From Octopus bimaculoides (Eukaryota), in contig NC_068985.1 of assembly GCF_001194135.2 (NCBI RefSeq), positions 47,437,130 to 47,501,129 on the forward strand: a stretch of 64,000 nucleotides of DNA, in the 5' to 3' direction. The position numbers and the translations under genes were made by a program. The notes under the pieces were generated by a model. It was not told where the DNA came from, ran no database searches, and saw nothing but the letters and a program-made list of their open reading frames with translations. Positions within the stretch are counted from its first letter, which is position 1. The number at the start of each line of letters is the position of its first letter. This document shows positions 1 to 11,389 of this stretch, one piece after another.

Positions 1-678
1 TATATATATATATGTATATATGTATATATATATATGTATGTATATATATATATATTTTATATATATATCATATAGAAATTCATATTATATATTTGTATAT
101 AATATATACGCTTACACATACACATGTGCAATCATATATTTATATACAGATATAGGCATTATGTACGAACGCTTCTTAATTTTTTTTATTTAGTAATAAA
201 AACGTTGGTGTTTAATTACCAATCAATACATAAAGTGTTATATATCATTTATTTTTATACTTTTCGACCCATGCTTATATATCAATATCTCCTGTTGGTA
301 TTTATGTACGCACACTAGTATATCACTTATTTATATGTGTACTTTAGTAAATAAACTTATGTAAATATACTTTACACGTGCGCACTTTACGTAAGCATTT
401 ATCATACGTGTTTGAATATGTTGTTTCACTTGCTCGTAAATGCTTATTAATGTAAATAACAAAATACTTTCATGAATTGTTAATTTTACATACGGTTATA
501 TAAGCGCATAATTAGATATATTTCTGTAGTTATTTGTTAATAGATGTTCCGAGATCTAATCCTGGTTAAATTCTTGGTCGTTGAGTCGGTATTCAAATAT
601 AAAGTACATAATACCAGGTACTCTTCTTGTGCTAAGTAAAGTTATTCTTGTCAATATTGTATTATTTATCGTAATAGT

Positions 679-978
679 GACGAAGCGTGTCATTGTGGCT
701 AGGGTATTCGGCTCACGATCGTAGGATCATGAGTTCGATTCCCGGTGGTACGTGTTGTCCTTGAACGAGAAACTTTATTTCACGTTGCTCCAGTCCGCTC
801 AGCTGGCAAAACTGAGTTTTATTTCAAAGGGCCAGCCTTGTAACATCACACTGAATTTCCTTGAGAACTAGGTTAACGGTACGCACTGCTGCAGAGCTCT
901 TACCCACATGGACGTTAATTTCACGAGCAGGCTGTTCAGTTGATCAGAACCGTCGTCGTCGTAACCGACGGAGTGCCA
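679..978 (+). mobile_element. tRNA-derived SINE, family B (CORE-like centre, gtcgtcgtaaccgacggagtgc tail)
   Basis: B-box gagttcgattccc at ~731. Central ttatttcacgttgctccagtccgctcagctggcaaaa and tail match the copy at 54696-54991 (reverse) and partly 25744-25992. Confidence 0.85.
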
Positions 979-2148
979 AGAAAAATTTGTCGTGCTATCA
1001 GTACGATGGATAGCTATAACCATTTGTGTGCTGCAGAAAATGCCTTGAGGTATTTCTTCCTACATTCTACTGTCTTAATTCGAATTCTGCGAGGGAGATC
1101 TTTGCTTTTCATAAACTCAAGGCTGACAAAATAAAATACCAGTCAACTTCTAAAGCCAGTCTTTTGAACTTATGATATTATGCCTACACTGGAAACCGTT
1201 GAACGTCTAATAACGAGAGTGATGTTTTGGCGCAATCATCCGTGTGTCGGCAAAATATTTTTCTCTCTATCGGTTCTTCACTTTCTTGGTTCAAAACCCG
1301 CTCAGTTGAACTATGCTTTTCATTAGATCCCGAATCACAGCCACGTACGTGTGTTAAAAAGATTGGCTAGTAACTTTCTTTAGTTATTGGCCATGTGAAT
1401 ATACGTCCGTCACGAAATTCCAACTCATTTTACCGTTTTCACACAAACACGCGCACACACACAAACATACACGCACGCATACATGCATACATACTGCCAC
1501 ACACACACATACGCACGCACATATGCATATATATATATATATATATATATANNNNNNNNNNNNNNNNNNNNNNNNNNNNNNNNNNNNNNNNNNNNNNNNN
1601 NNNNNNNNNNNNNNNNNNNNNNNNNNNNNNNNNNNNNNNNNNNNNNNNNNNNNNNNNNNNNNNNNNNNNNNNNNNNNNNNNNNNNNNNNNNNNNNNNNNN
1701 NNNNNNNNNNNNNNNNNNNNNNNNNNNNNNNNNNNNNNNNNNNNNNNNNNNNNNNNNNNNNNNNNNNNNNNNNNNNNNNNNNNNNNNNNNNNNNNNNNNN
1801 NNNNNNNNNNNNNNNNNNNNNNNNNNNNNNNNNNNNNNNNNNNNNNNNNNNNNNNNNNNNNNNNNNNNNNNNNNNNNNNNNNNNNNNNNNNNNNNNNNNN
1901 NNNNNNNNNNNNNNNNNNNNNNNNNNNNNNNNNNNNNNNNNNNNNNNNNNNNNNNNNNNNNNNNNNNNNNNNNNNNNNNNNNNNNNNNNNNNNNNNNNNN
2001 NNNNNNNNNNNNNNNNNNNNNNNNNNNNNNNNNNNNNNNNNNNNNNNNNNNNNNNNNNNNNNNNNNNNNNNNNNNNNNNNNNNNNNNNNNNNNNNNNNNN
2101 NNNNNNNNNNNNNNNNNNNNNNNNNNNNNGAGAGAGAGAGAGAGAGAG

Positions 2149-2193
<45 letters not shown>

Positions 2194-2223
2194 TATGTAT
2201 GTATGTATGTATATATATATATA

Positions 2224-2270
<47 letters not shown>

Positions 2271-2586
2271 TTTTATATCCACAAATCAGACTGGAAATTC
2301 AGTGATCTTGAGCTTGCGTCTTCAACATTCACCACACATCCTTGCGTGTACCAATGGTAAAGCAATTTTTTAACTCATCTTAATGTACAGCTGCTAGAAA
2401 TAGTAATGGATTTCTTTAATAGTTAGTTCTATCCTTCTTAGATCAAACTGTAACGAAGTCTACTGTGCAATATATATGCAAAAAATTAAACAGTAGTGAT
2501 TTTCTGTTGATACATGTAACAACTCCAAAAGTTTACCACAACTCATGTCAGACACAAACATAAAAATATACAAAGAACCAACGTTG

Positions 2587-2668
2587 TTACTTTGATGTGC
2601 TTGAAAAATCTGCGTGAAATAACAGAACAACCTTCTTCACAAATGGAAATTCCAATTCGTAATGTAAT
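2587..2668 (-). CDS. Candidate exon of an unidentified gene (LHYELEFPFVKKVVLLFHADFSSTSK*)
   Basis: Acceptor tttatttcag at 2669-2678. The phase-2 frame is open and compatible with the candidate exon at 8060-8126. No homology recognised; may be chance. Confidence 0.25.
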
Positions 2669-3668
2669 CTGAAATAAACTACGTCTAAGTAAAATACGTG
2701 ATACACGCGGCTGAAATGTCTTTCATCATAGGACTACCATGCAACAACAAACGAAACAACAAAAACAGCAATATTCAACTGTGTGGTTAGTTCCCAGGCA
2801 TGAGTTCTTGGTATTTAGTCAATTCTCATGTGAATCCAATTAATTTTCCTCACACGTATTTAATGCTATTTAAAACGACATGAATGTCACATAATCTCAT
2901 TTTCACTCTGCTATAAACATGTGGCTTTTTGCCACATATCGATTCCTGTAAAGATATCGAAATAGAATAAATGGACATTTTTCATTATTCCGAAGAAACT
3001 TTAGTAGTAATTTACTTCATTCTTTTCCACCGATATTCTGGTAATTTCTATATACCAAATCTATTAGTTTTACATCACTCTATTCGAATGAATGTCGGTA
3101 TTTGTTGTATATTGGTCAACACATAATATGTTTTATTATTAGTAAAGGTGTTATTTATATCCGTACTAATACTTTGTGATCATGATTACTGACAAAGGCT
3201 GCAATGTTAACTGGAGTTATTTCTACTTTTCAATTGTTGTCCATTGTTCGTGGAATATAGATATTTCCCGTTTACGTCCGTTCGTTCGGTATCATTTTCC
3301 ATTCGGCACTTGATGTAAGTTCAATTGATTTTATCCATTTTTAGCGATATTACTGTTCGTTTCTTTATATAACAAATTCCTTCGAATTCAACGCAAAGAC
3401 AATAAGCACCCTCACCATGAAAATATTCATCGTTGCTGATGTTTTAGGAAGAAATTTGAAGACCAATTGGATGCTAATTCTTGAAAGCTGAGGGACTGGT
3501 TAGAGGATCGCCCGCTGGCTTCTATATAAGACATTTCTATATTTCGTGTGAAAATCTGTGCGATCGGCTTAACGTTGTCAGTTGTCTAAAATCAAAAACT
3601 ACATACTATATATTAGCAGAATCAGCTATAGTATGCTGATACATAATACAGTATAGTCCATGTAGAAA

Positions 3669-3900
3669 GGCGGTGAGCTGGCAGAAACGTTAGCACGCCG
3701 GGCGAAATGCTTAGTGGTATTTCGTCTGCCGCAGCGTTCTGAGTTCAAATTCCGCCGAGGTCGACTTTGCCATTCATCCATTCGAGATCGATTAAATAAG
3801 TACCATGTACGCACTGGGTCGATGTGATCGACTTAATCCCTTTGTCTGTTCTTGTTTCTCCCCTCTATGTCTAACCCCTTGTGAGCAATAAAGAAATAAG
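3669..3900 (+). mobile_element. tRNA-derived SINE, family A, full length with long tail
   Basis: Head ggcggtgagctggcagaaacgttagc, B-box ctgagttcaaattcc, gggtcgat internal repeats. The same sequence recurs at more than 10 sites in the window. Confidence 0.9.
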
Positions 3901-4096
3901 AAACGTTAGCACCCCGGGCGAAAAGCTTAGCGGTATTTCGTCTGTCTTTACGTTCTGAGTTCAAATTTCGCCGAGGTCAATTTTTCCCTTCATCCTCTCG
4001 GGGTCGATAAATTAAGTACTAGTTGCGTACTGGGGTCGATCTAACCCACTGGCCACCTCTCCACAAAATTTTCTGGCCTTGTACCTCGAGTAAAAA
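3901..4096 (+). mobile_element. SINE family A, 5'-clipped copy with short tail, directly abutting the previous copy
   Basis: Restarts at aaacgttagc immediately after the aagaaataag tail; ends in ctggccttgtacc. Confidence 0.9.
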
Positions 4097-4499
4097 TGTA
4101 TCGTCCATGTAGGGAAAAATAGGGTTTTCTTGATGAGTCTTCTTACATATATCAATGCAATAAAATCAATGCGTCAATTTAATCGAGCATAATCCTCCTC
4201 GAACGTATACAGGTCTGAAGAAATAAGTTATTAGTTTACTAAATAGTTTGAAGTTTTAGATGAATAGAACATCATACCTAAGTTCACAGTATAGTCTATG
4301 TTCAATATTTCAACTATTGATTTATACCTAATTCAGTACGTTACTCAATCGGACAACGTGTCTATAAAGCAGAATATCTGTCTTACAAACGTTTGCTACG
4401 TCATGTTTAACTTAACTTAACTCGGGCAATATTTAAAACAGATATAGGGTTCCACCGTGAGCTTTTTGTCTCTATATGTATGAATATATATTCTTGCTC

Positions 4500-4677
4500 A
4501 TGTTGGCACAGGGCCAACAATTTAGAGGGGAGACGAAATCGATTACGTCGACCCCAGTGTTCAAATGGTACCTATTTGATCACTCCTGAAGAGATGAAAA
4601 GCGAATTCAACCTCAGCGGGATTTGAACTCAGGATATAAAGAGCCGGCCAAAATGCCGCTAAACACATTTTCCGGGT
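4500..4677 (-). mobile_element. SINE family A, diverged
   Basis: Reverse complement of the B-box (atttgaactcag), gtcgaccccagtg and the ttggcacagggcc tail. Confidence 0.8.
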
Positions 4678-4740
4678 GTTAAAAATTCTGCCAGCTCACC
4701 ATCTATGTATGTGTGTATGTATGGATGGATGGATGGATGT

Positions 4741-4830
4741 ATGTCATTATTCAGTTTTATTTCAAGATTTCTTGCCAATAGAGAAAAAGCCGGTTTCTAA
4801 CCAAGATCCAAGGTTCCTTAATTCGGGTAT
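4741..4830 (-). repeat. Interspersed repeat family E (probable retroelement 3' end with (TACA)n tail)
   Basis: Reverse complement matches 6878-6990 and 35232-35340 (gccttggatctaggttagaaaccggc...ctctattggcaag...aaataaaactgaataatgac). Confidence 0.75.
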
Positions 4831-4897
4831 TTTTTTAATGTATGTATATGTGCAGAGTTGTATATTTTATTTTATGTATGCATTCTCATGCATATAC

Positions 4898-5104
4898 TCT
4901 CTTTACTCTATTTTACTTGTTTCGGTCATTTGACTGCGGCCATGCTGGAGCACCAACTTTAGTCGAGCAACTCGAACCTAGGACTAATTCTTTTTAAACT
5001 TAGTAATTATTCTATTGGTCACTTTTGCCGAACCGAGCATCGGTTGTCAGGCGATGTTGGGGGACAAACACAGACATACAAACACACACACACACACACA
5101 CACA
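4898..5104 (-). mobile_element. SINE family C, 3' half (head lost into gap)
   Basis: Reverse complement of the ggtgctccagcatggccgcagtcaaatgac tail; runs into the internal (CA)n and the gap. Confidence 0.85.
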
Positions 5105-5954
5105 NNNNNNNNNNNNNNNNNNNNNNNNNNNNNNNNNNNNNNNNNNNNNNNNNNNNNNNNNNNNNNNNNNNNNNNNNNNNNNNNNNNNNNNNNNNNNNNN
5201 NNNNNNNNNNNNNNNNNNNNNNNNNNNNNNNNNNNNNNNNNNNNNNNNNNNNNNNNNNNNNNNNNNNNNNNNNNNNNNNNNNNNNNNNNNNNNNNNNNNN
5301 NNNNNNNNNNNNNNNNNNNNNNNNNNNNNNNNNNNNNNNNNNNNNNNNNNNNNNNNNNNNNNNNNNNNNNNNNNNNNNNNNNNNNNNNNNNNNNNNNNNN
5401 NNNNNNNNNNNNNNNNNNNNNNNNNNNNNNNNNNNNNNNNNNNNNNNNNNNNNNNNNNNNNNNNNNNNNNNNNNNNNNNNNNNNNNNNNNNNNNNNNNNN
5501 NNNNNNNNNNNNNNNNNNNNNNNNNNNNNNNNNNNNNNNNNNNNNNNNNNNNNNNNNNNNNNNNNNNNNNNNNNNNNNNNNNNNNNNNNNNNNNNNNNNN
5601 NNNNNNNNNNNNNNNNNNNNNNNNNNNNNNNNNNNNNNNNNNNNNNNNNNNNNNNNNNNNNNNNNNNNNNNNNNNNNNNNNNNNNNNNNNNNNNNNNNNN
5701 NNNNNNNNNNNNNNNNNNNNNNNNNNNNNNNNNNNNNNNNNNNNNNNNNNNNNNNNNNNNNNNNNNNNNNNNNNNNNNNNNNNNNNNNNNNNNNNNNNNN
5801 NNNNNNNNNNNNNNNNNNNNNNNNNNNNNNNNNNNNNNNNNNNNNNNNNNNNNNNNNNNNNNNNNNNNNNNNNNNNNNNNNNNNNNNNNNNNNNNNNNNN
5901 NNNNNNNNNNNNNNNNNNNNNNNNNNNNNNNNNNNNNNNNNNNNNNNNNNNNNN

Positions 5955-5985
<31 letters not shown>

Positions 5986-6877
5986 TACCCACTGAAGAGT
6001 TTTCGTTATATATTCAACTACCGAATCCCCAGTAAGATATCTGGATACGCACAGCTAAAGGCTGTATAGAAAATTCGTCCCCTTCACAAGAGAGGGAGAG
6101 AATGTAAAATATCAATTCAGGTAATGCAAGTTTAATTATTTTCAGTAAAGAGAAGGGAGAGCACTGTACAATATCTTTGAAATTGTATTTGAAGGAGAAA
6201 ACAAAAGAAAATGCATAATTCGTTTGTATTTCTCTTTAAAAGTAATTAAAACAGTGTTTTTCTAAAAGGCTTAAATAAGATTAGCAACATTTAAAAGCTT
6301 TTCTACAACAATAATGAGGCACTTAGCTGAAAATGCAATTTGTATGGAGTTTAAAGTATAATCCAACTGAGCTTCGGGGTTTGGCTTTGGAGTCCGGTAT
6401 GTGATTGGTTCTCATGTAACAGTTCTCCTGTCTTTGATATTATTAATGTTTCACAAGGGATTAGATGCATTAGGTTTGTTTATTTGTTTAAATCATATGT
6501 TCTTTTAATAGAACGACGTAAAAGTTGAGCTTTAAATTTGTTTATATATTTAAATTTTCTCGTTAGAAAAATAATATATTCATTGATTTTAATATTTTCT
6601 TTTCTATTTTATTGGAGTCATATTATCAATTATACTCTTTCTGTTGTGCATTGGTATATATGGGCTCCAGCTGAAAATGTAAGATAAATACAATATGGAC
6701 AGGGAATGCATTGCATATATAAATGCATAATACAATATGTATGTATCCAGCTAACTATAACACACACATACGCACGCGCGCGCGCACACACTCACACAAA
6801 CATACAAACACACTCTCTTTAAATAAAACTGAACAATGACATACATACATATATACATAAATACATACATAAACAAT

Positions 6878-6990
6878 ACTCTGTTGCTGATGTTGAAATC
6901 CCAGTGAAGGAGCCTTGGACCTAGGTTAGAAATCGGCGCTTTCTCTATTGGCAAGCAATTTTGAACTAAAACTGAATGTCATGCATACAT
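6878..6990 (+). repeat. Interspersed repeat family E
   Basis: Matches 35232-35340 and the reverse of 4741-4830. An extra tail remnant aaataaaactgaacaatgac lies at ~6821. Confidence 0.75.
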
Positions 6991-7885
6991 ACATAATACA
7001 TACATTTATATATTTGTCGTTCAATGCTCAAAATGAGGAGTAGATAGACAGCCGACAACTGATGAAGGGTCGTTCTTTGTGTTACTTCTCCTTTTTTCCA
7101 TTTGTTTCTCTCGTTGTTTGCATATTGAAGTCATTTGTTTTCGTATTTCATGTTGTTTACTGTTGGTGACGTCCTGTACCCATATATGCATNNNNNNNNN
7201 NNNNNNNNNNNNNNNNNNNNNNNNNNNNNNNNNNNNNNNNNNNNNNNNNNNNNNNNNNNNNNNNNNNNNNNNNNNNNNNNNNNNNNNNNNNNNNNNNNNN
7301 NNNNNNNNNNNNNNNNNNNNNNNNNNNNNNNNNNNNNNNNNNNNNNNNNNNNNNNNNNNNNNNNNNNNNNNNNNNNNNNNNNNNNNNNNNNNNNNNNNNN
7401 NNNNNNNNNNNNNNNNNNNNNNNNNNNNNNNNNNNNNNNNNNNNNNNNNNNNNNNNNNNNNNNNNNNNNNNNNNNNNNNNNNNNNNNNNNNNNNNNNNNN
7501 NNNNNNNNNNNNNNNNNNNNNNNNNNNNNNNNNNNNNNNNNNNNNNNNNNNNNNNNNNNNNNNNNNNNNNNNNNNNNNNNNNNNNNNNNNNNNNNNNNNN
7601 NNNNNNNNNNNNNNNNNNNNNNNNNNNNNNNNNNNNNNNNNNNNNNNNNNNNNNNNNNNNNNNNNNNNNNNNNNNNNNNNNNNNNNNNNNNNNNNNNNNN
7701 NNNNNNNNNNNNNNNNNNNNNNNNNNNNNNNNNNNNNNNNNNNNNNNNNNNNNNNNNNNNNNNNNNNNNNNNNNNNNNNNNNNNNNNNNNNNNNNNNNNN
7801 NNNNNNNNNNNNNNNNNNNNNNNNNNNATATATATATTTATATATTTGTATATATATACATATGTATATATATATATACACACGA

Positions 7886-8040
7886 TTTTACGTTCAGTGT
7901 TCAAATTCCACTGAGGTCAACTTTTCCTTACCTTGTTTTGTCGTTGATAATATAAATATCAATTGAAAACTGGTATCGATGTATTCCACTTACCTCATCC
8001 ACCAAAATTGTTGCACTTGTTTGAAATTTGAAACCACTAT
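7886..8040 (+). mobile_element. SINE family A, degenerate
   Basis: ttacgttcagtgttcaaattccactgaggtcaactt...ctggtatcgatgta...tttgaaacc aligns to family A. Confidence 0.65.
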
Positions 8041-8059
8041 TTTCTATTCATATACTCAC

Positions 8060-8126
8060 CTATATTCATCGGTTATTAAGAACGCTTGCATCCAGAATTG
8101 GTAAAAACAAAGACAAATTATCATAC
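8060..8126 (-). CDS. Candidate internal exon (MIICLCFYQFWMQAFLITDEY), hydrophobic, gene unidentified
   Basis: Acceptor ttttag, consensus donor AG|gtgagt, 67 nt. Only one of three frames is stop-free (phase 1 in, phase 2 out). Confidence 0.33.
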
Positions 8127-8512
8127 CTAAAACGTCTGTATACATACATAAATACACAGAGATACTGAAAGATGCGTAGAGAGTTAGATTGCTGGATGCA
8201 TATACCTGTGTATATATGTGTATATATATGTATGTGTGTGTGTGATATATACATATATGACATATATACAAACATATATAAACACACACACAGAGACACA
8301 CACACGCACGCACACACATACACACATATTCATACTTTCTCACACACATATATACATAAATCTCATATGAACACTCACACATGCATATATATAGAAATCA
8401 CACACAAACACTTATAGATAGAGATTTCCATGTATGAAGAAGTCTGAACGCAGTAAAAGTACGATTCTCGGATGAAAGGGCGGTAATTATATATGCATCC
8501 ACATGTATATAC

Positions 8513-8548
<36 letters not shown>

Positions 8549-8571
8549 ATGTATGTGTGTGTGTATTTGTG

Positions 8572-8952
8572 TTATTTCTTTACTACCCACAAGGGGCTAC
8601 ACACAGAGGGGACAAACAAGGCCAGACAAACGGATTAAATCGATTATATCGACCCCAGTGCGTAACTGGTACTTATTTAATCGACCCCGAAAGGATGAAA
8701 GGCAAAGTCGACCTCGGCGGAATTTGAACTCAGAACGTAGCGGGCAGACGAAATACCTATTTCGTTATTGCCCACAAGGGACTAAACATAGAGGGAACAA
8801 ACAAGAAAAGACGAACGGATTAAGTCGATTACATCGACCCCAGTGCGTAACTGGTACTTAATTTATCGACCCCGAAAGGATGAAAGGCAAAGTCGACCTC
8901 GGTGGAATTTGAACTCAGAACGTAAAGGCAGACGAAATACCGCTAGGCATTT
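8572..8952 (-). mobile_element. SINE family A head-to-tail dimer (8758-8952 and 8572-8757), both units 5'-truncated with long tails
   Basis: Two near-identical units containing tcgaccccagtgcgtaactggtactt...atttgaactcagaacg. Confidence 0.9.
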
Positions 8953-10999
8953 GTGTGCTCAGAAAAATTTGAACGCATGAAAAATACGTTTTTAATTTTT
9001 TAAGGAACTATAAAAAGGATTATATATTTTTTCCGTTGGAGTAGTTATAATTCATTTTTCTTTATTGCATTTTGTCTTATTGTAATCAATATTATAATAA
9101 GAACTGTTTTAATTTCTGTTCATTCCTTTCTCTTTCCGTCCGTTACACTTTACCATCAAATCAAGATAATTTTGAAGCAATTTATTTTGGGAAACGAAAT
9201 AAAATCAGTGGGTTTATACAATTTATTCATTCAATTCACACATGCAAACCAGCAAACAGAAGGTCTTGTCAATTTTTTATTTTATTTATTCATTTATTTA
9301 TTTTTGTGTAGTATCTTATTGATACAGCACCATAAAGAAAAGTAGCCATCGACTCTCAGTTAGAACAGACTGGTTGATGACAGGAAAAAAAAGAAGGCTG
9401 AAAGAAGAAAGAATATTTACTAAAAAACTGTGACACATTTACAAGAAGGTTTTGTTCGTAAAACAGTTAATTCTACTGTGAATATATTCCATTTTTAAGA
9501 TGGGTAAACTCTTTTACATGTACATGTATTCTGTTAAACACTTAATTCTGTTGTAAACCTATCTCGATTGAATGTATTTCTTTTAGCCACTTGAAACCAA
9601 TTATTGTTGAGGTAGATACACTATTTTCGAAACACTTCAGTAGTTTGACATTCAGTTTTTCCGTTTGTAACATAAATGGATAAATTACTTTCACTTCAAT
9701 GTTCATTTATGTACAATAATTGTGAAATTAAACAATGTCACAAAAACATTTTGCGACAAGAATAATTGAGAGAACAGAATAATTCAGCGAAACATATCAT
9801 TTGTCAATTTGTTTATCTATCTGGAAATTTTGAGTAAGATATTTCACTGTAATACATAATCTTTATCTAAATATTGGGGAAGTAGTTATAAAAATTATGA
9901 AACTTCCCTTCACATTTATCTTCAGTCAGAAATATCATTAACATGCGTTCATATTTCCCGAAATTGAAAGACTTTGATTGTTACAGGACCTGCTAAGTAT
10001 AGGTTGCCAAGTCTACCTTAAAGCAGCCAGAAAAGTCATTAAAATGATGGAAACCGACACTTGAAAATGTGATTTTCTATGTAGGACACTTAAGTAAATA
10101 TTGTACAACAGTGCAGAGAGGAATATACTAAATTTGAAGAATATGGATTAAAATAATTTAGAAATACGAAATTTAGGCTAACAATGTTAAAAGAATACTT
10201 ATTAAATCTTCACTGAGAAATACAAACTGAATATCAATATTGTACATCTATTTTGCTGAAAGTGGAAACGTAGGCAAAGTGAATAACTTCCTTATTCTTT
10301 GAAAAAGTCTTTGTGTTTAAACAGAAGATATTTTATATTAAAGATAACATTTTCAATGAAGAATTTTAAATTTTAAATTTTGCCATCTTGCCATTAGCAA
10401 AGGAAAAGAATGAAGATAGTATTTGATAAAAATATATTAACGCAGAAATATTAAACAAGAAAAAATAAACGAAAAAGAATGCTTCGTGATTTCAGAAATA
10501 GCCTTCTTACAATGTCCAAAAATTCCTTCCAGTTTTTTAGGTAAAGGTATTATTCGAATAGGCCTCACAAAGCAACGTAAAATATATACACCTAAACTCA
10601 CATCCACAAACACATATACTTTCTGAGAGTATATATACATATGTGTGTGTGCGCGTGTGAGTGTTTGTGATGGCTATAGGTATAACGTTTTATTCTGTTA
10701 TTTTTTCCGTTCCTCATATACGCTTTACGCCTAACATTTCGTCATGTGAATACACCTATCCTACCTTCATTTTGACCCTCTAGCTGCCCGAAAAATCTCT
10801 CAGAGAAACAAAAGATGTTCTACTTTTGCATCAGAGCTGTATTGCAGTTTTTCCTTCTTCATAGTTTCTCTTCATACATTTCTCCCGGTAGAATCTCACA
10901 CCCTTTCCCTTGCATGTAATTATACAACAACCTCAGTGTTATTGCTAAACTCACTTTCACTTCTCATTCTTCATCGGATCGACCTATTCACTTTCCCGC

Positions 11000-11339
11000 T
11001 TTCATCACACACGTTACAATTATACACCATTATATCGTACCCTACGCACCTCATCTCTATATCTGAATACCTCTACGCAATACACTTTCCCCAAAATACC
11101 ACATGCACGTATCTAGCCCCTTCAGCCAATCACAATACAAAGATCCACTCCTATACTCGCATACACTCAGAACCCTTTTTAACTGATCTATAAAAACACA
11201 TTTTTTCTCATTTCAATCTCGCCAGTACTTCTATGCTTTTATTCTGACGAAGGCCTAGTATCTGAAACGTATTTCCCATAATTTTAAATGATAAACTTAT
11301 ACAATATTTATTAAAATTAGTCCCTCTTGCGTTTTCTTG

Positions 11340-11343
<4 letters not shown>
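11000..11343 (+). mobile_element. Possible Penelope-like element terminal-repeat remnant ending at a (TA)n tract
   Basis: Contains a CCAAT motif (cagccaatcac), a tataaa motif and a hammerhead-like core, then ends at (TA)n 11344-11386. No coding homology seen; left boundary is approximate. Confidence 0.4.
11244..11271 (+). ncRNA. Minimal hammerhead-ribozyme-like core (probably inactive relic)
   Basis: CTGACGA, a 3-bp helix II (agg/tct), then GAAA-CG-TA with palindromic ACGT helix III. Helix I flanks do not pair. Confidence 0.45.

Positions 11344-11389
<46 letters not shown>

Noticed and set aside
3160-3540. Minus-strand TATA-like motif, MNIFM|gtgagg donor and a 48-aa ORF (MENDTERT..)
   Set aside because: Short, no homology, and no convincing spliced product could be assembled.
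7059-7190. ctgatga motif as a second hammerhead
   Set aside because: No GAAA core at a plausible distance.
6328-10064. Plus-strand exon-like pieces (6328-6398 with gtatgt donor; 9987-10064 DLLSIGCQVYLKAARKVIKMMETDT*)
   Set aside because: The phases do not join in the protein-like frame. GPAKYRLPSLP* only superficially resembles ODF3 repeats. No recognisable homolog.
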